Origin: Utricularia gibba
Lineage: Eukaryota > Plantae > Magnoliophyta
NCBI GenBank assembly: GCA_002189035.1
Contig: CM007989.1
Location: 3,472,001-3,536,000 of the forward strand
Length of the DNA stretch: 64,000 nt
Direction of reading: 5' to 3'
The notes beneath the pieces are model-generated. The model was not told where the DNA came from, searched no databases, and worked only from the letters and a program-made list of their open reading frames with translations. A program made the translations under genes and the position numbers. Positions 53,487 through 64,000 of the stretch are shown here, one piece after another; position 1 is the first letter of the stretch, and every line of letters starts with the position of its first letter.

Positions 53487-53507
53487 CAGCACTGCCTCTT
53501 GCCTAGC
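53487..53507 (-). promoter_or_regulatory. miR408 target site in the uclacyanin 3' UTR
   Basis: + strand CAGCACTGCCTCTTGCCTAGC vs miR408 AUGCACUGCCUCUUCCCUGGC: nt 3-14 identical. The site lies 4-24 nt past the stop codon. Confidence 0.75.
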
Positions 53508-53510
53508 CCA

Positions 53511-54121
53511 TCAAGCCAAAATGGCTGCCAAAGCAAGTGAACTTGCAGCTGCCAGCCCGCTCCAGCCGCCTACTGCAGATGCTGCATTTCCAGCAGGGGG
53601 AGGAGTGGATGGAGTTGGGGAAGGCAGCGATGCTGGAGACCCTGGAGGTGTTGATGGGGCAGAGTCACCGCTGCCTCCCGACACCGTCACCGCCACCCTC
53701 ATCCCCTGATCACAGTGACCAGGTACCGGACATATGAAGTACCTCGTGCCGGTTGTCAGAGTGACCCTAGTGGGGCTGTTGGCGGGGAAGGAGTTTATGG
53801 GACTCCCGGAGTTGCAGTTATTATAATCACTCTGACTCACTTCAGCCACCGCATGAGAAGGACCGTAGTTGAACACTGCGACCACCGTGAAGCACCACAC
53901 CATTAGAACCAAACAGAGGTGAATGATAGTTCAGAGCAGTTTGAAAAGAAGCAGCTGCTATTACCAAGTGTGTCACCATTTGAAAAGGTTTGGCGGCTCG
54001 CCCAGTTCGCATAGTCGACGTTGAAGCCCCAGCCACGGGAGTCACCAACGGTAATCGTCGCCGCCGAGATGAGCGCCGGAGATGCGAGGAGAAGAACAAG
54101 GAACGCAATAGCTCTGGCCAT
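53511..54121 (-). CDS. Uclacyanin-type phytocyanin (blue copper, GPI-anchored); 2 exons
   Basis: Signal peptide, VGDSRGW, FSNGDTLVFNYGPSH, Cu ligands H...CPVPGHCDQGM (His-Cys-His-Met), Pro/Ser/Thr-rich linker and a hydrophobic GPI-signal tail. Confidence 0.93.
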
Positions 54122-55067
54122 CTCTTTATCTCTCTCTATCTCTCTGTGTTTTCCCACCAAGGATGTTCTTTGTAGGAACAACCCCGGATCCTTAAATAGA
54201 AGGAACTCCCTCAAAGTCAGACGTCAGATCAAGGACAAGTCTCCATTCGTCCAGCAAACTTCTACCTTTCAGGCAGCTTTTGAAAATCTTAAGGTTGTGG
54301 ATACGCGTTTCAAAAGTCTAACCTTCCCACTTTAGCCTACCAATTACGATACTACTCCATCCTTTTAACAACTCCATCTATCTCTCAAAACCTATAGAAA
54401 TCGAAAAAGAGCACATGTCTGCATATTGTTACAGATCAAGGGATGCAAGAAAGTCGGTGACTTGAGTAAAAGAGACATGATTCACGTGTACATACAACAG
54501 TTATTCATAAGAATGGCTGCAAACAAAGACAAAAATATAAATTTTCAGACACGTGTTAAGGTGCCAATGTATTGCGGCCCTTCCCATTGCTGATTCCTTT
54601 CATGCAGAAAAGCCACAACCGTTTCCATTATTTGACCCGCTTTGAAACGGTCAACCCGTAACGCGATGTTTTGCAAGAGTATGCAGGGAATCGAAACCGA
54701 ATGATTTTTTTAAAACAATAATTTAAATGATCAAAAAACCATATATGATATTTGAACAATTCAATCGTGATTTAAATTATAATTATTTAAAAAAACATCT
54801 TTTGATATTTTCGTTATAAAAAATATTAAGTATGATTGAATCATAATAATTCAATTTAATCATAAATGATTAATATTCAAAAGCATAAACTAATTATTGG
54901 TTTGTTTTTTTAAAAAAATGCATGTAACTCAAATGAGGGTGGGGTACAAAAAAATTAGATGATAAATGTGAGGAATATGTATACAATAAGTATTGAATTT
55001 CTATGGATTTTCTACATGTATACCGGTTTATTTTCACCCCAGGGTCCAGAAGAGCACATTTCTACGA

Positions 55068-57441
55068 TCAATCTTCGTCTTGAGTGTCATCGTTCTTCGC
55101 CTCCATAGCTTGAGCTCCATTCTTGAACCGGCGCCGGCGGCCGCGTCTCTGGTCGAAATTCGCCCTGCCGTTCTGATTCATCATCTGCCGCAGCTCCGCG
55201 TCGATCACGCACTCCGGCAACGGCGTCTCGTACCTACGCCTGTCGTAGCAATACGAGTAGTACATGTATTTCGCCCGGAAGCGTCGCATCGCCCACCTCT
55301 GCTTTTCACTGATCGTCGCTAAATCAGAAGCGGCCAACTGATCGCGCTGCGCACCACAATCCTCTGCCACCACCTCCTCCAAGGGATCCGCCTTGCACCC
55401 CTGGAGGACTAGATCCGTGAACTCGACGACGAAGGGGGCGTACTTGTAATTCGCCTTATACTTCCCGCCGGAAGTGGCCCAATCGGAGGCGTCCCATATC
55501 GTCGCATACAGAGCCATCGGCTTCGCCGGGAAGTCGCCGCCCATCTCCCCCCTCTTCACTATTTCCCGAATCGGAACATCATCCACGTAAAATCTACAAT
55601 AAACAAAACACGATCAAATATCTCGGCATTTGAACCCGGTTCGAACCGGTAACCACCCGGTCTAGTTACAATAGTGAAAGTGACGTGTCCTAACGGCATC
55701 CCATTAGTTTCGTCATTATTGCTAGCTTATCCCCCAGCTTAATAGCGCCAAAGGGTCGAAAACGACCATTTTTTGGCTCACCTTCACATACACTTGACCA
55801 ACTAATTATTGCTTAACAAACCAATTATGCACCTAATGCAATCATTAGGCTATACACCCACATCACACAATGGGAAAAAACGTAAAACCATGACATGATA
55901 ACATATACTTTTTGGGAGAAGAAGCATCAAAACTAGTGCATCATGGCCACAATTTGGCAATCAAGTGCGTGGCCGTCCATGTGACACATTCCAATTTCCT
56001 TAATGGTCATTTTCCCTGCTCATGTGACATTTGAAAACTACGTGCCCGTCATTATCCTAAATTAAATATTTTCAAAACTACTTTCTACTCCCCATCTTCA
56101 CCAAAATATCATTTTGCACCCTCCCCCTTCTAAAAAGCCTACAACTCTGTGTTACTTGGTCTGTTAGCCTTTCCACATCGATCCTCTTAAATGTCGCAAC
56201 CTAAACACGTATAGGCCATCTTTCAGTCTCATCGCCAGCCGAGTGGAGACTGGAGAGGGCACCACACCAATCCAACTGGAAAATAATTGGTAAGAAGGCT
56301 TACATGATGGTCTGGTTGGTCCACAGTATGCTGTAAGAATGGGGGCTCTTGGTGGGATCGAACCAGAGGTAGTACCTCTCCTCCCTGCCCCGGCTGGTGC
56401 TCCCGTTTCCGTACACGTTCGTCTGAAACCTCCATGGCTTCCCCTTTATGTTGCCCAGGAACTCGATGTCCAGCTCGTCGTGCGCTTTGGGAAACACGTC
56501 CTGGTTCGTCGTCTACACGTGAGGATCCCCAAGGAGAAACCGAGACATGTGAGTTGGTAGGTCAAAGAAAGATAAAGATCATCAACTACAGACTAAAAAA
56601 CATATGTTTAGGTGAGGGGGAAGACAAGGGTTCACTAATTACCATCCGACCGACAGTCAAAAAGCTTGGTTACGGTGAAAAATGGAGTATTTAATTACAT
56701 AATTCGTTATTTAATTAAGTAAATAAGATAGTGATTTGGGGTTGACTAGTCAAATTCGTTACCATGCCTTTAAAAACCTAAGACGGTAAAAAAAAAAGGG
56801 GGGGGGGGGGGGGGGGGGTGGAATTTAGGTTAAATTTCTGCTTACGTAAAAGGCGACGACTATTCCGGCGGAATAATCCGCCGGCAGCTTGATTTTGGCG
56901 CTAAAGAAGCCGTGATCGTAGAGTTCCGAGGACTTGAAGCCGGCGCCTGAAGAAAAAATCAACTAATCAATAAACAAATAAACAAATAAATAAATAAACC
57001 TCCTTTTTCTAATGATTCCACCGAATTCAAAGCTTCGAATCTATACATACACGATACATACAGACAGGCGCATGATCATCACCATGATCATTCCAGAAGC
57101 CTTTTCAAAAAGAACGGCCATCATGAAAACGAAAGCTTTCACACGCATATACATACATACAAACAAACACGCCTCTGTATCTATCTACAGTTCCAGGGCA
57201 GATCGAAGAGTCGGTTACAATCCAACAAACCTGTGTACTGATTGAGGTGAAGCTGCAGCGTCCGATCATCGCTGAATCGGACGATGTTCGATTCGCCGAA
57301 GAGAGTAGAGACGCCGGCGGAGAACGGAATCGTCGATACATCGAAGGCCGAAGCCGGGAGCAGCCGGAGAAGGAGGAGAAGAAGAAGAAGAAGAAGACGA
57401 AGACGGAAGGTGAAACGACGATGGCTGAGTTCATCATCCAT
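55068..57441 (-). CDS. XTH30: Xyloglucan endotransglucosylase/hydrolase, group IIIB (XTH27-30-like); 4 exons
   Basis: Signal peptide, catalytic [70 protein letters not shown] and a basic C-terminal extension. The exact paralog is uncertain. Confidence 0.9.
56798..56818. repeat. G21 homopolymer preceded by A10, in XTH intron 2
   Basis: Directly visible. Confidence 0.85.
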
Positions 57442-58918
57442 ACTCTCCCTATTCCACGCCCCTGCCTGTACACGTATCTTATATATATATATATATCCAT
57501 AACTATTGAATACCATTATTTTAATCGAAAATAATTATTAATAATATATCCTTGTTAAATAAGTGATTTCTTTCCGGTTTTGTGCAGCACCGAGTTGTCT
57601 GATTGTTACTTTTTAGGATTACCCGAACTACCCTAAGGAGTGTTTATTCTTTAAATATGAAGCTATGAGTATTTTGGGGAAAAGGGAAAATAGGAAGAAA
57701 CAGCTTTTGTTTAGTGGCGAAGCCGCGTGGATTATTGACTTTTTTAGGGGAATATTAATTGAATTAGACTAAAAAAAGAATCTTTCACCCTTGTCTAAAA
57801 AATTGATTCCAATCCTAGCTTTTGATTTTTGGGAAAGATCCAAGGGGTTTCATATTCCAAGATTACGATTTTTTTCGTTGTGTTTTCTTTCCCAAAGTTA
57901 ATACATTTTTCTACATTTTTAAATCGAAACTAATTCGATCAATGGTTTAAATCGTCGAAAAAATAATGAATCATTTATGCAAACGATTCAATATTTGAGA
58001 TATTCAATTGGTTTTATTATGAAAAAAATATTAAATCATAATTAAATCGATTCATTTTTTATTTTAAAAAAGATTCAAATTTAATCTAATCATTTTAATT
58101 AACGAGAGTATAGGTTTTTAAAAGATATGATCAGAAATAGTAGGAAGGAGGAGGTCGTTTATAAAGTAGTCACTGTCACATTTTCTCGTACACACTCGAA
58201 CAAAAATTTTCAATTAAAGATCGACCAATTTAATCTCACATTAAAATTACCAATGAAGAAATCAATTAGCACTAGACGAGTGGCGGTTGATGATTGGTTT
58301 AGAGTCCTCATCTTGTAACTTGAGAAGGAATGGGGGTGCTTTCATGGTTTGGTTAGAAATTATAAAGACATAGGGGGTGTACGGTAGAAATCATAAAAGA
58401 GCAAATTATATTCCGAATAATTTATCTCATGAATATTAAATAAAAGAATGAGATTAAATAAATTGAAATAAAATTATAGTATGACATACCTTCTCTTCAT
58501 ATATCCCTCAATTCGAAATGAAATCGGAATTGAAAGTCAAGATCGAATCGAATTGGGTTTGCAAGTGTTTGTTGGTTTTTTGTTGGAAGTTGATCACACC
58601 ATTGGGATGGAAGGAGGGGCAAGATGTTAAACATGGCCTAGATTTTGAATATGGTCTCCACACCCTTATGGTGTTACATGAGAATGCAGGAAATCGAACA
58701 GTGCATCGCATTCCGTACACTCCTGTGCAGGATAGGGGACAAGTACGAAATGTGATGCAGAATCGATTTCATAGCAACAAGCTTCACTTCAAGCATTCTG
58801 GGAGTGATGGGTTCTTGCCCCTTTTGTTGTTGCATCAGAAATCATGAGCAATGGGAGCTTCTTGTTCCTGCTCCGCCTTGGCTTCCTATCTTCCCTCGAA
58901 ATCTCCTTTGGTGATCTG

Positions 58919-59763
58919 TTAACCCCTCTGGAAAACGTTGTGATTCGCCTTCTGCACGTTCGCTGATCTCTTCAAGACTGAGAATTTCAGAGACCAAGAG
59001 GCGGCCCCCGGCTGCGAGGACACTGTGCTGCTAAGCAGCATCCCATCTCTGTTGTGGTCATCATCATTACCGGATTCTTCTCCACGGGTTGCAACCAAAC
59101 CTTGCTGGGAAGGTGCATCTTGATCCACAACGAGGATCAGATCATCGGAGCTGTGGAAGTCGCGTCGACTCACATCGACGGTAGGCGGCGGTTGAGGACC
59201 GGGGAGAAGGGTTGAGGGAGCTGGATGGATCCAGATAGCAACATTTGCACGACAGAGGGGGCAACTGGACTGAGATGTCAACCAGGTATCGATGCAGGGA
59301 ATATGGAAAGCATGGCTGCAATTTGGCATAAGCCTGAGGGACTCATTCTCTTCAAATTCACTCAAACAAACAGCGCAATCTGTTCCTTCGATCAACCCAT
59401 CACCCTTCTGATACTTACAAACTGTAATCCTCTTGATGAAGGATTCATCCAGTCCTGCGACGGAAACAGCCCACTGATCCGGCAGTGGTTCCTCCGCAGT
59501 GCTGCGATTCTCCGGCGGGGGGTCCCCCGGCAGAATCTGGTGACGAGGGTGTAGTAGCCGACAAGGAGAGAACCGCTGACCAACACGCCGATGACGGCGA
59601 TGATCAGAGGTGAAAGCCCGGCGGTGGAATCATCAGGTGGGGGCGGCGGAGAGAACAAAATACAGAACTGTTGGCAGTCAAAGCTACAAACAGCTTGTGA
59701 GCAATCGCCGGGGCTAGAGCTGGAATTGGGAGCCCATAGATTCTGACTTCCTGGGGATCCCAT
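58919..59763 (-). CDS. RING-H2 E3 ligase, ATL51-55-like; single exon; one frameshift at 59517-59528
   Basis: N-terminal [15 protein letters not shown] motif, [43 protein letters not shown] and [48 protein letters not shown]. The stop position is uncertain. Confidence 0.88.
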
Positions 59764-60433
59764 GAACGGAAGAGAAGAGATTCATAAACCTGCTTAGATT
59801 TTGCAAGATTTGAACTTTATCCCTAGATCAACGCATGAACAGTGTCCCAGAAGATTGAAGCTGCAAAGACAGCCAAGAACAGAAGAAGACAAGACAAATA
59901 AAGAAAAACGAGATAACTGCCCTTTGCCTACTTTGCTCAAAGATATTCCCCAATTTTGGTCAGCAGATAATCAAGAATCCCTTTACCTTTTCGAACGCAG
60001 AAGCTGTCTTCTTACAGCAAAGATAGCGAGAAATACCAGTTATTACAACCTAACGAGATATTTGGGTTATTCTGTAACCATACAAAGATTGACCATCTTC
60101 ACTCACAGCTCCTGTCATGGCTTCTCGCGGTAATAGTAGTCTGTTTGTTTGTTTACAGTATTCCAGGCAAAGAAAATGCACTTCTTTCTTGTGTCTTAAA
60201 CAACATATGAACCGGACCATCTTTTGTACATTCCACAGACACTCCCACACCTGGGGCTACACATATGTTAGTGAGCAGACGACTGTACATCGTGCAATGA
60301 ATCTGCAAGCTATTACAACGAGTATTTGTCTGGAACCATGAAGCAAAAACTTGGTGTAGCTCTTCTCCCATGAAAGAATCAAGAATAGGTCTGAAAAAGA
60401 ATGCGTTTATGCATCTACAGGAACCTCACACTG

Positions 60434-63400
60434 TCACCCTCTTCGACCATCCAAAGCCTGATGTTTAAACCAACAGATGATGGGAATCAACCAGATTACA
60501 TTGTCGCACACAAATGCGAGTAATGAAAGGAAATCTGACGAAGCATCCATAAATTCCAATGCAGGCATACCTTGCTTTGAAAGATTCTCATGGTCAGGAC
60601 AAGCGTATCACGCATTCTAGAAAGAAATGGAAAGTGCATTGTTAGATAGACAGCCTTTTTACAGGCACAAAAAGCAACCCCCGAGTCTGTTATGAACTTA
60701 TAAGCTAAACTGGAAAGGTTTTTTTCAACCTGTGGCGTAAATAAAATATGTTTTCCAGGTAGCATATGAGTATATGACAAAGAATAATCAACATGTAAAA
60801 AGCAAATATCGTTGAGAAAATTGCTTGTCGAATGGCAATGTTAAAGAGAGGAAAACTGCCTTTACCTGAAACCATCGTTTGTTTTCAAAGGATATGAGAT
60901 TCCATTTGAACAAGTTAGGACAAACTGTGCTGAGAGGCCAGTCGGTATTTTGATCTGGAGGAAATGAAAGATGTGACCAAGTGATAATTCCAAATGATTA
61001 GTGGAGAGCAAAATATGGAGAAAATAAGATCATACCGAAAATTCCCTGGTATATTTCTCTGATATCAAGAGCTCTTGATTTTTCTCAACCTTGACCAGAA
61101 AGCCAGACCGTCGCAAAACAAGAGTTGCATGCTCCCAAACGTCAGGGGATTCTACCTGTGAAGATACACAGGGAATCCATGAGCAAGCAAAGCACATCAG
61201 TACACTTGGACGACAAATGAGTTATTCCTCAGAAGCAGTCTTTCTTACAAGAATTAGGACACTAAATGTCGCTGAACCTTTTGATACATATGCATCGATC
61301 TCCTCTTGCATTTCATCATCTTCATACATTGATTGTATCATTCATCCAAAAAGGAAAATACATAAGTATGGTGAATAAAAAGAAAGGGTAATCAAATATA
61401 GGTCTGGCATCCGAGTTGAAATAGAATAGTGAAGCAAATGAGCACATTCATGGCTAAACTGAGAAAGGATCCAGGCTCCCATGAATAAGCATCATGGTTG
61501 TCAGATGCAAAGTAAAATACAACTCACCACACGTAATCTTCTTGTTGTCATTGGCAAACATCCTGACTATAACCCCTGAAAGTGATGCAGAATAGAGATA
61601 GTAAGTGATTTGCCATTTCACCATACTGAAACCACTGACAAAAATTCAAGCCTTGCTGCATAGTAAATAAGTGGCAAGAAAAAGAATGTGCAAGTTACAT
61701 GTCTTCCATGGTCATCCATCGGTATGCACTCAACTGCAATGAGTTTATCAACATCATCTGCTGTCACAGCGTAAGTTGGATAAGTGGCTCCTGAAACAAC
61801 ACAAGCCATAGATACATCAATATATGCTCAGAAAAAAAAAAAAAAGGCTCCTGCAAGCGCATCAGGGCAGGCAACTAAAAGATGAAGTCACACAAGGAAG
61901 CGCCCATTTTTAGACGAGATTATTCATGAAGTACCTTCAATAAACTCTGTTGTTCCATCGGGATAGTAACGAACCCACTAGTATATAAGAAAGACAATCA
62001 TCAAATGCTCACTTCGTCATTACAACTGATCCATAAATAAAACACCATTGACAGGAGTACTCCAACCTGAAACATGCAGAGCGAAGTTCCACCTCTGGGA
62101 TATCCAGCACCAGAAATTTCACATCCTGGATTGGCATTTCCTACAATCTGAAAGTTTTCTATCCATGGATAATCATCATCTGAAACAGTTATCATAAAAG
62201 TCTGTAATTTGATGGATCGTTTCAATAAGCTATAAAAGAGAAGGAAGCAGACGAACCAGCTATATCGTTCATCATTGGCTGAGGATGGAATTGATTACCA
62301 GTCATCTGATCAGACTCATGGGAGAACTCGTTTCTCTCGAGCATATTTTCCCCATTGTAACCTGAAACACTTCTGTAATTGGGATCTCTCAGAACGAGCG
62401 AATCTCTTGTTGATATACACAAAACAGTAACCAGAAAATGTTAACATGCTTGAATGGGTTATCCTTGACTAGGGGATGCAATGAAGGGTTTATATGATAA
62501 ACAATAATCCTCAAATACATGAACTGTGAATGTGGAAGTCCATTTTGAGCCTACGACAAGAAACATATGCATGGTGATTCTCTTGATAGTACAATAAATC
62601 TAGCCAGACCTTGAGATGAGCTCTTCATTTCATTTAAGTACATTGTAAGGCAGAAGACAAAAGTTTGATATTTGAAAAATGGGAAGAAATAAGTTGATTC
62701 TTCAATTTCAGATAGTCACCTCATGGGGGTTCCATTATTTGCTAGATGGCGCATATCAATGCCTTCCATAAAGACTTTCACTTGATTCGAACCTCCACAA
62801 TGCTTTCACGTGCATTGTCTCTTGTTTCAGTATTTTGTCTATAATGAGAAAATCCTCCGATTTCCTATAGACGAATTATCAACATCACATCATAATCACA
62901 TTTTTTTCTTGGGTTCAACTGAAAGACGTTAGAAAGCAATGATGAAAGATCTATGTCTGCGAAAAAAACCATACAATCAATTGAAAAACCGTCAACTTTA
63001 AGAGATCAAAGAATTCATCTAAAATGATCAAGTTAGAAGCCATTACATTGGAGCTGCCAGAAAATTGAGCATTAGTGTGCCCTAAACCCAGGGCCCCACA
63101 GTGGGGCTATTTCCAGTCATGGCAGCCAACTCTGCAAGTTTGGCCTATGTAAAAGTGGTCATCATGAGCTTCATACTAAAACTGAGACTGGAAAATTGAA
63201 GATAATGTATCTAGAATCTCAAATTTGGATGAATACTAAAATACTGATTGAAATAAGTATCTGAAAAAGGGGTATGGCTTGATACTATGTAGAGGAAACA
63301 AGCAGCAACATGAGCACTTAAAATACTAGAAAAAGCTTCAGGCTTACACGGAGACCTCTTATATTCGACTGTAGTTGATCATGCAGGTTCTGGAAAGAAA

Positions 63401-64000
63401 AAAGGAGAATAAATGAATACACGCTGTGATAAAGAAATCATTAGCACTGAACGAACACAAGACAAGTATGAAGAGTGTGAAGACATGGTGATGAAAATCT
63501 GACAGATAATCAATGAGTTCAATCGCCATAGTATAAAATTCATTGAGTTAGTTAAGATTCACATTCTTTAATACGACTGAAAGTAGATTCAAAAATCAGA
63601 ACACCGCCCAAGTACCACTGCAGGCATTAGCTATTTTTTTCTTAGGCCATACCTTGATAGCATTTGTTAAAGCAGAGGCATTAGTTGCATGTGGTAAAGA
63701 GCAAAATTCATCCAGTATCTCCAGTAAAGATGTTGTAAAAATATGTCTCTCATGTTCTGTAGCCTATAACAAGAAGAATGACTTGACAAAAAAACATAAA
63801 AAGCTAATTTGAAGACGGAAAAAATAACAAAATAGCCCTAGGAAATTGATGACTTCTGCCTTTCATCTCAGTGTCCAAAACACCTCGGAAATTACCTTTA
63901 GTTCAGAGAGCAAGTTCAAATTTTGGTCAAGGTCACCTTTCCTTCGATCCAATTCATTAGATGCTGAAGTTACAATTTCCCTTTGCTTTTCGTCTAGGGC
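60434..64000 (-). CDS. Uncharacterised coiled-coil protein, At3g03560/At5g23490-type; 3' exons only (5' end outside window)
   Basis: ALDEKQREIVTSASNELDRRKGDLDQNL, IENFQIVGNANPG...GGTSLCMFQ, GATYPTYAVTADDVDKLIAVECIPMDDHGR, RMRDTLVLTMRIFQSK / ALDGRRG*. Confidence 0.85.

Noticed and set aside
55637-55650. 14-bp palindrome CCGGTTCGAACCGG in XTH intron 3
   Set aside because: Isolated and short, with no array or flanking structure.

Overview
This is gene-dense eudicot nuclear DNA with short introns, about 23 protein-coding loci in 64 kb. A compact Lamiales-like genome is my inference only. Genes in order: 5' end of mitochondrial EF-G, DUO1, HD-Zip II, ARPC5, PTPMT-like phosphatase, eIF3B, PIG-P, a DUF740/OCTOPUS-like gene, a truncated PIG-P duplicate, ATL4, FLZ3, a MORN-repeat gene, CK2 beta, cyclin U4, NDPK1, ELMOD, a UBC8-type E2, three tandem F-box/LRR/FBD genes, a plastid DUF3598-like gene, uclacyanin, XTH group IIIB, an ATL52-like RING gene and the 3' part of an At3g03560-like gene. 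Main caveat: 11 single-base frameshifts in 8 genes sit in homopolymer or purine runs, which points to uncorrected long-read assembly errors rather than real pseudogenes. There are no CRISPR arrays, rRNA or intact tRNA genes. I see no clearly new multi-gene system. The best leads are (i) the F-box tandem array, with an unrecognised ~90-aa N-terminal extension and a stop-free in-frame 99-nt intron, (ii) an unassigned micro-exon spliced unit next to the PIG-P duplicate, (iii) an Ac/Ds-type element carrying five site-II motifs upstream of eIF3B, and (iv) miR159, miR408 and ROD1-like regulatory sites. Family names and Arabidopsis locus comparisons come from memory; no database search was run.
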